Shown: one piece after another, positions 34,957-43,921 of the stretch
Layout of the letters: every line of letters starts with the position of its first letter
How positions within the stretch are numbered: position 1 is the stretch's first letter
Source of the DNA: an uncultured virus (IMG/VR IMGVR_UViG_3300009081_000011)
Taxonomy: Duplodnaviria; Heunggongvirae; Uroviricota; Caudoviricetes
DNA: 64,000 nt
Reading direction: 5' to 3' (one strand)
Virus record (IMG/VR): IMGVR_UViG_3300009081_000011
Notes under the pieces: generated by a model
Seen by the model: the letters and a program-made list of their open reading frames with translations, nothing else
What the model was told of the DNA's origin: nothing
The model's database searches: none
Program-made: the position numbers and the translations under genes

Positions 34957-35525
34957 TTCCAGGTCCGATCAACCGCACAGCTCATACCGACGTTGCCGGC
35001 ATGGTTTCCTGAGTACGTCCAGAAGTAATCGACCTCAGGGTACAACGTCGATCGAATCACATCGCCGAAAGAGGCCCCGCACCCGATAGCGACGGCGCAC
35101 GCTTTGGAATCGCCTGTAAACGCCTCGCAGGCCTTCATGGCCTGCTCCTGGTTGTAGGTCCCGAGCGGCACGCAATCTTGCCAAGTCTGTCCGATGCCGT
35201 TGTCGTGCGTTACGAGCGCGCACGCATCGACGAGCGGGGCGCCACCCGTGTTCGGAGCGCCACCAGTCTCGATGACCGCGCCCCCTGTCGAAGCAGCCCC
35301 GCCCGTCTCCGTGCTGCCCCCTGCTGCCATGCTCCCGCCCGTACTGAGGCGCCCGCCGGTCGACGCCCCACCGGCGCTCGAGGACGCGCCGCCCGTCGCC
35401 ACCGCGCCGCCTGTGCTCGGCGCCGAATCGGCCGCGTCTAGCTCCGCCCGGTTGAATGTCGTGAATTCTTCGCTGTTACAGCCGGGCGCGAACGCCAAAA
35501 GTACAACTAGAATGAAGCGATTCAT
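34953..35525 (-). CDS. lipoprotein with Gly/Thr/Ala linker and Cys-rich domain
   Basis: LLAFAPGC lipobox-like signal; repeated TGG units; 6 Cys in the C-terminal domain. Confidence 0.7.
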   Translation of the reverse strand: MNRFILVVLLAFAPGCNSEEFTTFNRAELDAADSAPSTGGAVATGGASSSAGGASTGGRLSTGGSMAAGGSTETGGAASTGGAVIETGGAPNTGGAPLVDACALVTHDNGIGQTWQDCVPLGTYNQEQAMKACEAFTGDSKACAVAIGCGASFGDVIRSTLYPEVDYFWTYSGNHAGNVGMSCAVDRTWN

Positions 35526-35562
35526 GTGCGGGTGTCCTTCCCTTCTTGTACGCGCCTGGAGC

Positions 35563-35844
35563 TCAAAATCTCCTTCGCTCTTTCTTCACTTTTCTGATCT
35601 GACGGCCCAGCCTCGTCGGCCGATACAAGTACGAGGGACGGCTATAGCCCCCTCTTACTTTGCGTTCGGCGAGTCCGTTTTTTACTAGCTTCGCGAGCGT
35701 CGCCGAGTGGTGCGAGCTGTCCGTTCCGCCGATCCATATTGGCGTCACCCAGCCGGTATCGTTCAAACTGACCGCGGCGATGAGTTCGTCGAGCACTTCC
35801 AGATCGCGTTGTGTTTCTAAGCAATCCAACCGTCGGCGAATCAT
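35563..35844 (-). CDS. winged-helix protein
   Basis: SATLAKLVKNGLAER..YRPTRLG. Confidence 0.6.
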   Translation of the reverse strand: MIRRRLDCLETQRDLEVLDELIAAVSLNDTGWVTPIWIGGTDSSHHSATLAKLVKNGLAERKVRGGYSRPSYLYRPTRLGRQIRKVKKERRRF

Positions 35845-36680
35845 TCGCCCCTCCCCGAGATGAGCAGCTCGCCGACGTTGCCGCGCTTGCCGCACTTCGA
35901 GTTGATCCGCCGTGGGGCCTCGACCTTCTCGATCTTGAAGCCCTTGTAGAGCTTCCGCACGAAAGGCGTGTCAGAGTTCGAGAGGAGCACGTGGACGCCG
36001 CGGTCGACGAGACGTTTCGCTACGTCGCGAAGGCGCATTTGATCGATCGGCCCGAAACCATCGGCAGAGTAGGCCGTGAAGTTCGACGTCGCCGAGACGG
36101 GCCAGTACGGAGGATCGAAGTAAACGGCGTCGCCGCGACGCGCTTCTTTGACGTGCTGAAAATCACAACTAGAAAAGTCGATCACTTTTTCGAGTGTCGT
36201 CGACACAGCACGAAGATTCTCTTCGTCGCAGATCGTCGGGTTCGTGTAGCGCCCAAACGGTACGTTGAACTGCCCGGATTTGTTCACGCGGTAGAGGCCA
36301 TTGAAGCAAGTGCGGTTCAAATAGATCATGCGCGCCGCACATTCCGCTGAGTGTTTTGCGCTCCACATAGCGGCGGACGTATCGATCGCACGCACTTTAT
36401 AATAGTATTTCTCCGAGTGCTTTTTCTCGTGCTGCTTGAGACATGAGATAACAGTATCGACTCCGCAAGCGATGGACACGTATGTGTCGATAAGCTCCTC
36501 GTTGATGTCCGTAAGAACGGCGCTCTTGAACCGCTTCTCCGCCGCGAGCGCGAAGAACACCGCCCCGCCGCCGACGAACGGCTCGTAGTAGGTTTTGATC
36601 TTCTTCGGGAGACGAGGAAGGATCTCATGAAGAAGAGCGGTCTTGCCGCCGGCCCACTTGAGGAACGGTCGCGCGGTCAT
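35841..36680 (-). CDS. dam: Dam-family DNA adenine methyltransferase
   Basis: FLKWAGGK, YYEPFVGGGAV, NRTCFNGLYRVN, DPPY, LSNS. Confidence 0.92.
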   Translation of the reverse strand: MTARPFLKWAGGKTALLHEILPRLPKKIKTYYEPFVGGGAVFFALAAEKRFKSAVLTDINEELIDTYVSIACGVDTVISCLKQHEKKHSEKYYYKVRAIDTSAAMWSAKHSAECAARMIYLNRTCFNGLYRVNKSGQFNVPFGRYTNPTICDEENLRAVSTTLEKVIDFSSCDFQHVKEARRGDAVYFDPPYWPVSATSNFTAYSADGFGPIDQMRLRDVAKRLVDRGVHVLLSNSDTPFVRKLYKGFKIEKVEAPRRINSKCGKRGNVGELLISGRGE

Positions 36681-36780
36681 GGCCCCTCTGACGTTCGACA
36701 TTGACCGCCGCATAACCTACATGTCCGTTGTCCTTGCCAAAGTTTGCACTTCGGGCAGTACCAAAGGATCGGCAAGGGTC

Positions 36781-37077
36781 TCATTTTCGCTTCCCAGTCC
36801 CGCCCACCAACTTGAGTACCCCGCTCGGAGATCGATCAAAGAGTCGCGCGACCTCGTTGAGGCCCTTGCCATTTTCCATGAGCCACTTGTAGACGGCACG
36901 ACGAGCGGCGACGATCGACGGCGCCTTGACCGGGCCTTCGTAGAGATCGGCCAATGTGACGTGCCACACTAGAGCGCGTCGGTTCACTTCGAAGAGGAGA
37001 CCGATTGCCTCGAGCCGCTCCGAAAACCTTTTGAACGACCGCCCGCCCTGTGGCTTGATTTGTTTTTTCTTCGGCAC
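36781..37077 (-). CDS. HTH protein resembling the DnaA C-terminal domain
   Basis: IVAARRAVYKWL..GLNEVARLFDRSPSGV. Confidence 0.55.
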   Translation of the reverse strand: MPKKKQIKPQGGRSFKRFSERLEAIGLLFEVNRRALVWHVTLADLYEGPVKAPSIVAARRAVYKWLMENGKGLNEVARLFDRSPSGVLKLVGGTGKRK

Positions 37078-37407
37078 CTAGTTCGCCTCTTGTCCTTCTT
37101 TGAAATCGACCATGAAGTCGCACGCACTCTCGGGCCTGAGCGTCCCTGGTGGCGGCGCCGTCGAGCACCGGTACATGACCCACACGCCAGGCATCTCAGA
37201 CGGGCCACCTTGGCGCATTCGATTCACGTACCTCACTGACGCCGCGCCGCACTTCGGGCACTTGCCTTCGAGGAGCGCCTTCGCCTCGCGAATGTCTCTT
37301 GCAATCGCTTCTGCAATCGTCGCTTCCTCGGCACCGGCTCGACGAGCCGCGTGACGAAACTCGTCGTAGAACTCCGGACGGGTGCGGGCGAGAAGAGAGC
37401 GGTTCAC
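37078..37407 (-). CDS. zinc-ribbon protein
   Basis: CPKCG and later Cys residues. Confidence 0.5.
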   Translation of the reverse strand: MNRSLLARTRPEFYDEFRHAARRAGAEEATIAEAIARDIREAKALLEGKCPKCGAASVRYVNRMRQGGPSEMPGVWVMYRCSTAPPPGTLRPESACDFMVDFKEGQEAN

Positions 37408-37673
37408 TTTTCTCCGATACACCCAGGAGGTGACAGCAGTTGCACCCAGTTCCGTTCGCCGTTTCGAACCCATACGGTCCCGTCACTACAAAGACAGTGA
37501 AGCTGACTATTCACCTCAGCCAGTTGAATGACCTTCCGCGACGGCTCGATCTCCGGAGCGAGCGTGGGCGTCCCGACGATCTTCTCGCGGTGAAGGCAGG
37601 TCGGACACAGATGGTGATCAGTCACACCGACCGTGCCGGACTCGGCGCCGCACGAAGGGCAGGTGGCAGCCAT
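37404..37673 (-). CDS. zinc-finger protein
   Basis: CPSCG..CPTC; LCSDGTVW. Confidence 0.5.
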   Translation of the reverse strand: MAATCPSCGAESGTVGVTDHHLCPTCLHREKIVGTPTLAPEIEPSRKVIQLAEVNSQLHCLCSDGTVWVRNGERNWVQLLSPPGCIGEK

Positions 37674-38002
37674 CAACCGCGCTCCACGATCTTGAGCCCC
37701 GGCACCATGCGCGGCCACAAGCGCTCGCGGTCATCCCACTCGAGCACGAATGGGATGAGCTCTCGCGCGATCCATCGGGTCGAGTCTTGCATCGCCGGCA
37801 AGAGCGCCCGTACCGCACTGAGCGCACCGAACCGCCCGTCGTGATCGCTACAGGCGTAGAGCTTCAAACACGCAACGAAAGCATCAAGCACGCGCACATC
37901 TTGCCCGGTGAGTGCTCCGAGCACCCCATTCCGAAGGCACGAAGGGCTCTCCGGATCTTTTTCAACGAGACGGGCCCACTGCTTCCAGGTTTGTTCTTTC
38001 AT
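37673..38002 (-). CDS. hypothetical protein
   Basis: 109-aa ORF with TGATG coupling. Confidence 0.55.
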   Translation of the reverse strand: MKEQTWKQWARLVEKDPESPSCLRNGVLGALTGQDVRVLDAFVACLKLYACSDHDGRFGALSAVRALLPAMQDSTRWIARELIPFVLEWDDRERLWPRMVPGLKIVERG

Positions 38003-38114
38003 GCGGGTAGGACGGCCGAGTTCGACGTTCTATTCACGTACTATACACCTTTTTCAGCCTCGAAAAAGAGACGCTTGACGACCGCCCCAAAACCACGGAA
38101 ACTGACCGTACAAG

Positions 38115-38513
38115 ATGAGTCTGCCCCCGCGTCGTCGCGTCGTCGCGGCTACCGCGCGTAAGCCGCAGGTGGAGCTCCGCGCCGTGCGCGTCGCCCGGGA
38201 CATCGATCCCGACGCGGACGCCTCGTACCTCGAGCAGGAGGGCTTTAAGAGCCGCCTCGCAGAGTACCGGCGCGGCAAGCTCCGCTTCTATGAGATGTGG
38301 ATCGAGGCCGACGTCGCTATCGAGGAAGGCGTGCAAGCGCTCGTCCGTAGCACCGGCGTGGGCGGCATCGAGAGCGACACGACAGAAGAGGAGCTCGACG
38401 AGCTCATCACCGAAGACTGGCGCACCTTGCGTGCGGCTTTGAAAACGATGGGCGTGCCCACGGAACAACTACCGCTCGAGGTCGATCGAGCTTGGATCGA
38501 ATGGAGGATGTGA
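38115..38513 (+). CDS. acidic hypothetical protein
   Basis: DPDADASYL, GVGGIESD; first gene of a plus-strand operon. Confidence 0.65.
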   Translation: MSLPPRRRVVAATARKPQVELRAVRVARDIDPDADASYLEQEGFKSRLAEYRRGKLRFYEMWIEADVAIEEGVQALVRSTGVGGIESDTTEEELDELITEDWRTLRAALKTMGVPTEQLPLEVDRAWIEWRM

Positions 38514-39619
38514 TGCGTTTCCCGAGTATCAACGACGTGTCGGCTGAACTTCGACAAATCAACAAGCAAACGCTCGAACCGGACGACGCCGACGAGGGAA
38601 TCGACGTTCGGTTGCAGGTCATGCCTGACAGTACCTGGACGGTGAACTGGGGCTCGTCTGACTACGATCAAGATCATCGCGGGTACTGGGGCTCGTCGAG
38701 TGTTCCAGGTGATAACCGACGATTCGACTCGAAAGAGGTCGCGCGAGATCTGATCGAGCAGGCGCGAGAGCACAAGGCGACGGGGGGCGACGTCGACGAG
38801 CGTTCAGCGCCTAGAAAAATGCAGAGCCGCAGACAACCAAGTCTCCCGGGCTTCCCTGACGTTCCGGGGGCGATCGGTGACATCGTCATCCCCGAAATGG
38901 CTTGGACCCAAATCAGCGGCGACATGGATCCAGGCGCTTACGGAGGTCTCATCGCGACAGCCGACGGAGATCACATCGAACTCCTCGAGATCCAACCGGT
39001 TGCAGAATACGTCGGCAAAGGAGAAGCGGCCGAGGTCGGCTTCCCGTTCTGGACGCGAGAAGCGTACTACGATCTCGACGATCTCGACCCGAAGAACGAA
39101 GAGGTCAAGAGAGCTTTGCGATCTTCTGGGTTCGACGAAGGCAATCAACGAGACTGGCTCGTAGAGGAGGCAACACCGGAACAACGCGCGCTCGTGATCG
39201 CCGAAGCGCTCATGCGTTACGGCACGGGCGTCGAGGAGGGGCCATCTGGCTGGTCCAAAGATCTTCCCGACCACAAGGTGAAGTGGAACAGCGGCAAGAT
39301 CGCAACCATCCCCGAATATATCGCGGACGAAGACGACGAGTTTCGTCGTGAAGTCCTCGGCGAAGAAGATGAAGACGAAGAGGAAGAAGACGAGGGGACC
39401 GTCACTTACTCGATGCCGATCTACTGGGCGTCGTACCTGATCAACGGCGACGCATCAGGAATGGAAGACGACGAAATCAAAGAAGCCGATGAGGCCATTG
39501 AAGCCATCGGTCTCGGATCGCCCGTCGACGTCGGCGAGTCCGAGTTTCGAAACCGTGGCGACTACGGGCACCTTGCCGGCGATTACGCCGACTACACGTT
39601 CATCGATAAGGGAGAATGA
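38513..39619 (+). CDS. very acidic multidomain protein
   Basis: three apparent modules (IDVRLQV..GYWG; GDMDPGAYGG; PIYWASYLINGDASG) with a poly-D/E linker. Confidence 0.7.
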   Translation: MRFPSINDVSAELRQINKQTLEPDDADEGIDVRLQVMPDSTWTVNWGSSDYDQDHRGYWGSSSVPGDNRRFDSKEVARDLIEQAREHKATGGDVDERSAPRKMQSRRQPSLPGFPDVPGAIGDIVIPEMAWTQISGDMDPGAYGGLIATADGDHIELLEIQPVAEYVGKGEAAEVGFPFWTREAYYDLDDLDPKNEEVKRALRSSGFDEGNQRDWLVEEATPEQRALVIAEALMRYGTGVEEGPSGWSKDLPDHKVKWNSGKIATIPEYIADEDDEFRREVLGEEDEDEEEEDEGTVTYSMPIYWASYLINGDASGMEDDEIKEADEAIEAIGLGSPVDVGESEFRNRGDYGHLAGDYADYTFIDKGE

Positions 39620-40668
39620 AGATGGCCGCCAAGAAACGAAGCCGCAAACAACCAGCCCACCGCGCTCCTGTAGACGAGCAAGCGGCAACCGAGCTCGTCA
39701 TGTACATCGAGAACACCTCGGACCTGTCGCCCGACGGTCCAAGCGGGCAAGGTCGAAGCGTACTCTTGAACGCGCTCCGCAAGTGGCGTAAAAAAACCTA
39801 TGACCCGGCGCTCGCGGTGCGTCTATTCGAGTATCTCACCGAAGCGGGCGCGAAGCGGTACGCAAAAGAATTCGGCTCTGCAAAAGAGTGGAGCACGATG
39901 TTCACCCCCGCGACGAGGCACGAAGCCGCGAAGCAGCTCGAGGCGAGTTTCCGAAGCTCGGTCGAGAACGGAGAGTACGATCATGTCGACACGCGCGTCG
40001 GCGTCGGGGAAGTCGTCGAGGAACACGTCGACGCTCGTGGAAAGACACGTCTCGACAAGTTACGCGCGGATCTACCGCCTGGCTACGCTATCTATACGTA
40101 CTCGCCAGGAGACGGCGTCACTCGGTATCGTTTCTTCAAGAACGCTTCACCGAAACAGGATTATTTCGGTCCGGCCAATGGCATCTACACGGCGCTCGGT
40201 TACGCGGAAGCCGAAGCGTTCGCTCAAGGACTGTTGAGCGAAGCTGGTGTCAACGAAGTCGGAGCGCGTCGCAAGCGTCCGCCGGAGCGACCTGCCGCAC
40301 AAGAACGAAAGCACTCGATGTCCTACGGCGTGCTCCCGCCATTCGAACAGTTCACACACGACGTCCACACGCGCATCGATCCGGACTACTCTGACGGACG
40401 CACGTACTGGCCCGCTGGTACGCTCTACCCAATGGAGCTCGTCAGTTCACACGAAATCGAGCTTGCACGGGACTTCGGCGGACTCGATGAGTTTCGTACC
40501 GAACGACACAAAAAAGGACAAAACACCCGCGCCATAGGATTCCGCGGCGACGAGCGTCAGATCTACGACTTCCTCGAGTACCTCGTCGAGCAAATGAACG
40601 ACGGAGACGACGAGGCCGGCGATCTCGCTTCGTCGATCATGACCACGCTCGGCTACGAGTGGATTTGA
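39616..40668 (+). CDS. multidomain protein with basic linkers
   Basis: modules ELVMYIEN, YSPGDGVTRYRFF and ASSIMTTLGYEWI. Confidence 0.7.
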   Translation: MKMAAKKRSRKQPAHRAPVDEQAATELVMYIENTSDLSPDGPSGQGRSVLLNALRKWRKKTYDPALAVRLFEYLTEAGAKRYAKEFGSAKEWSTMFTPATRHEAAKQLEASFRSSVENGEYDHVDTRVGVGEVVEEHVDARGKTRLDKLRADLPPGYAIYTYSPGDGVTRYRFFKNASPKQDYFGPANGIYTALGYAEAEAFAQGLLSEAGVNEVGARRKRPPERPAAQERKHSMSYGVLPPFEQFTHDVHTRIDPDYSDGRTYWPAGTLYPMELVSSHEIELARDFGGLDEFRTERHKKGQNTRAIGFRGDERQIYDFLEYLVEQMNDGDDEAGDLASSIMTTLGYEWI

Positions 40669-40679
40669 AGGAGCGCACG

Positions 40680-41342
40680 ATGAAAACACGAGCACATCAG
40701 GTCGGTAGAAAACTCGGTTTCAACCACGCGGCAGCCGAACCTCGCTTCAAACTCGGCGCACCGCGCCCCGGCACGAGCGTCCGCGACTACGAAGCCGTCG
40801 ACGGCCGCGACCGTCGCATCGCCGGCCCCTTCAAGAGCTACGGCGACGCGAAGCACGCGGCGGGACCCGGCGGACACGTCAAGTACGTGAGGCCGAGGGC
40901 TCGGGCAGAGGCGAAACGGGGCGGCGACGAAGCCCGCGGGCGTGAGTACGCGCAAGATCAGGTTCAGAGCGAGCACTTCAACAACTGGATCTGGGATCAA
41001 ATGATTGAAGCCGAGGAGCTTCGAAAGAGTGATCCGTCGCAGGTACGCCCTCTCAACACGGACGCCGACTTCAAACGAGTCGCCAAGGCTATGCTCCAAC
41101 AGCTCCGATGGGACATTGGACGATCTCGCGAACTGAACAACGAATCGGACGAATTCATCGAAGGGATCAGAAACGAACTCGAGAGCGAACACATGGTCGA
41201 CTGGCTCGTCGACGAGCTCAAGTCGATCGACGAACAAATGAAGGGTCCACGACACGAACAACTACCGCTCCCGCGAGTTTATGCGAAGAGGGCCCGCCCC
41301 CGCCCAAAAGCCAAGAGGTCGGCGCGCAAAAAGCGACGCTGA
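40680..41342 (+). CDS. hypothetical protein with basic C-terminal tail
   Basis: RBS GGAG; ends KRARPRPKAKRSARKKRR. Confidence 0.65.
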   Translation: MKTRAHQVGRKLGFNHAAAEPRFKLGAPRPGTSVRDYEAVDGRDRRIAGPFKSYGDAKHAAGPGGHVKYVRPRARAEAKRGGDEARGREYAQDQVQSEHFNNWIWDQMIEAEELRKSDPSQVRPLNTDADFKRVAKAMLQQLRWDIGRSRELNNESDEFIEGIRNELESEHMVDWLVDELKSIDEQMKGPRHEQLPLPRVYAKRARPRPKAKRSARKKRR

Positions 41343-41356
41343 CCGACCTGACCACG

Positions 41357-41932
41357 ATGGAGCAAAAGGTGCTCCTCGCCATCGCCAACAGCGAATATCA
41401 GAACGGTACAGGCGATGCCCTGATCGGCAACTACATTTGGAGCCAGTACGTCGCCGACGCCGCAGGGATCAACAAACGCAGCGCTGCTGGTGTTTTCTCT
41501 TCGCTCTCAAAGAAAGGGCTAGTGACGACGAGCTTCCACGACGAAGACGTCGTCGCACTCACGGCGGCCGGCGTCACAGCGCTCGAGACTATCGGCGCAC
41601 CTGCACCCCTCACTGATCTCGAGCGAAAAGTCCTCGGCCAATTCACCGAAGAAACCGGTGCGCCTGCCGGTCTCGCTGCGCAAAACCTCGACGTCTCCAC
41701 CGCGATGATCACGAAGACCGCCAAGAAGCTCCAGGCCGAAGGGCTACTCGAAGACACCGGCTACGCCATGAAGTACGTGAAACGTCTCGATCAATGGGAT
41801 TGGATCGACAAGCCGAAGACCGAAGGCGGCATGGTCTCGAAGCCGGGCGCTTCCACGGTGTGGCGCGCAACGCTGCGTGGACATGGGGCAATTGGCCACG
41901 AGCCGTCGCCGTACGTCACCTGGAAGCCGTGA
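41357..41932 (+). CDS. tandem winged-helix protein (start uncertain)
   Basis: SSLSKKGLV..LTAAG and KKLQAEGLL. Confidence 0.6.
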   Translation: MEQKVLLAIANSEYQNGTGDALIGNYIWSQYVADAAGINKRSAAGVFSSLSKKGLVTTSFHDEDVVALTAAGVTALETIGAPAPLTDLERKVLGQFTEETGAPAGLAAQNLDVSTAMITKTAKKLQAEGLLEDTGYAMKYVKRLDQWDWIDKPKTEGGMVSKPGASTVWRATLRGHGAIGHEPSPYVTWKP

Positions 41933-41938
41933 TACTCT

Positions 41939-42163
41939 GTGCGCATGACAAGCCTCGTAGGTCTCTTGTTTCTGATCCTCTTCCTCGCCGTACTCATCTG
42001 GGGCGGCGATCGCCTGCTCGCGTTGCTCCCGGGCAACGAAAAACTCAAGCAAGCCGTGCGCATCATCGCGATCGTGATAGTCGCCTTATGGGCGCTCAGC
42101 GTGGCCGCGTCGTTCTTCGGCGTCGCAATGCCGTGGAGTCCGACGTTACAGCGGCACCGCTAA
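41939..42163 (+). CDS. small two-TM membrane protein
   Basis: two hydrophobic helices. Confidence 0.6.
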   Translation: MRMTSLVGLLFLILFLAVLIWGGDRLLALLPGNEKLKQAVRIIAIVIVALWALSVAASFFGVAMPWSPTLQRHR

Positions 42164-42218
42164 GCTACCCCGCGGGGTAGCCCAATACGGCCTCTCGGCG
42201 TCGTGATAGCATTCCACG

Positions 42219-42599
42219 ATGCGGGAGAAGATGATCGACACGCTCATCGGAGCGACGATCAAGACGGTCGAAGAGATCGAAGCCCTCTTGTCGATGGTCA
42301 AGCACTACACGAGCGAGAACTCGAGTAGCGGCGCCATATCATCGTCACTTCGAAGGGTCGCTGATCTTTTCGACCGGCTCACGCTGCTCGAAAACGACCT
42401 CGTGGTCATCAAGCGGCGGCTTCGTAGCTCTCTTTCGAGCGATCCGGACAAGACCCCCCGCGCGGTCAGCGTACGCGACCTCACCGCCGTCGAGATCGAC
42501 ACTAGACTCGAGCCGGTCGAAGACCTGGAACGTCGAATTCATACTCGGCCGGGGATCGGAGTGTCGAAGCCGCCTCTACCGAAAAAGACGCCTTCTTAG
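42219..42599 (+). CDS. hypothetical protein
   Basis: 126-aa ORF with coiled coil. Confidence 0.5.
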   Translation: MREKMIDTLIGATIKTVEEIEALLSMVKHYTSENSSSGAISSSLRRVADLFDRLTLLENDLVVIKRRLRSSLSSDPDKTPRAVSVRDLTAVEIDTRLEPVEDLERRIHTRPGIGVSKPPLPKKTPS

Positions 42600-43325
42600 C
42601 CTTGGACGTCGGCGAGAGCGCCGTCGAGGCTGCCGGCGTTTCAAGAGCGCAATTGCGACGGCCGCGACCGCGACAATCGAGAAAACGATGGGGCCGATCG
42701 GTGTCGCGGTGATCTCCGGCGAACGAACAGCTTCTCCCGCAAAACTGACACCGATGGGGACCAGACGGACCAACCTGTATCGCGGGTGCTGGGCGGGAGC
42801 TTCTACGAAAACCGGTTGAGCCGGCTTGGGTCGACTCTCGGAAACACGGGGCGGTAACGCGGGCGCACCGGGTTTGGTGCGCCCAATACTCGCACCGCGT
42901 TGCACTCGCGCTCCGCTCTTGATCGACACCTCACCGACGTCCGCGTACCAGTATCGAGTACCGTCGTCTGCGGTAATCACGACGGACCGGCGCCCCTTCT
43001 CGTCTATGAACTCTTCCGCGATGCCTTCTGCTACAGCTTTGATGCTCGCAGAATCGGTGTGAATCAGAACGAGATCGGCGTTTCTTTCGATTTCTAGCGG
43101 AGGCGGCTTTACGAGGCGCGCCGCCGTCCGCAGTCCACCGCCGCTCCCGCTTCCGCCACTACGAGCGATAACAACAGAAGCTCTGCGCTTTCGTTTCTTG
43201 GTCGGCGGCTTGGGTTGAGGCTGGGGCTGCGGTTGAACTTGTACGATGTCGACAAGCCCATCCAGCGCGAACACCAGAGGGTTCGATCCGACGCCCTGCG
43301 TGGCGACGAGAATGGGAGAGATCAT
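42576..43325 (-). CDS. degenerate M23-peptidase-like protein with C-terminal TM and poly-Arg tail
   Basis: IKAVAEG, DGTRYWYADV, SGARVQRGASIG; ends RRRSRRRPRLRRRLFR. Confidence 0.55.
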   Translation of the reverse strand: MISPILVATQGVGSNPLVFALDGLVDIVQVQPQPQPQPKPPTKKRKRRASVVIARSGGSGSGGGLRTAARLVKPPPLEIERNADLVLIHTDSASIKAVAEGIAEEFIDEKGRRSVVITADDGTRYWYADVGEVSIKSGARVQRGASIGRTKPGAPALPPRVSESRPKPAQPVFVEAPAQHPRYRLVRLVPIGVSFAGEAVRSPEITATPIGPIVFSIVAVAAVAIALLKRRQPRRRSRRRPRLRRRLFR

Positions 43326-43918
43326 TGGCGCGTGACTGTCACGACACCTGCGTTGGTGTTGATCGTCTGATCTACATCAGGGCTTCCCGACGCGCCTACG
43401 TAGCGACGTGTTGGTGTTACGACCAGTGGTTTCGAAACGTCTAGCCCAAGCAGCGCGTACACCTTCGCAATCGCATCGCCGACGGTTCCATTTTGCAGAT
43501 GATCGACCGTCAGAGCGTCAAGCACAGCCCCACCGACGTTCGGGTTGACCAAACCCGCGCTCAGAACCACCACCAGCGACACTTGGTTGGTGATTTTCAC
43601 GTCCAAAATGTTGTGATTCGCGCCGACCGCGCGCACGCTGTACTGCCCGTCTTCGAATTCGACGCGATACGGCGACAGGATTTCCACCTGTCTCGCGAAT
43701 ATCGTCCCCGCGATTACGGTTTCTGTTTGGTGCCTGTGTGTATCGGGCCACGGAGCGCCTGGAGTCGCCGCCTCGAGCCCTCGCAAGTCTCTGCGAAACT
43801 GATCTACGTCTAGCTCTCGAATCTCTGGCGACACCTGCACGATCGGCATGTCCGCACGAGGGATCAGAATCCGATACGGATTCGTGGCAGTTCCGGCCCA
43901 ATCGACGTCCAAAGCCAT
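43322..43918 (-). CDS. putative structural protein
   Basis: 198 aa following two large beta-rich proteins. Confidence 0.55.
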   Translation of the reverse strand: MALDVDWAGTATNPYRILIPRADMPIVQVSPEIRELDVDQFRRDLRGLEAATPGAPWPDTHRHQTETVIAGTIFARQVEILSPYRVEFEDGQYSVRAVGANHNILDVKITNQVSLVVVLSAGLVNPNVGGAVLDALTVDHLQNGTVGDAIAKVYALLGLDVSKPLVVTPTRRYVGASGSPDVDQTINTNAGVVTVTRQ

Positions 43919-43921
43919 TTT

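Noticed and set aside
38513..41342. A second linker motif (VDE/VEE/VNE/VRD) as polyprotein cleavage sites
   Set aside because: Too short and too common in acidic proteins to support without statistics
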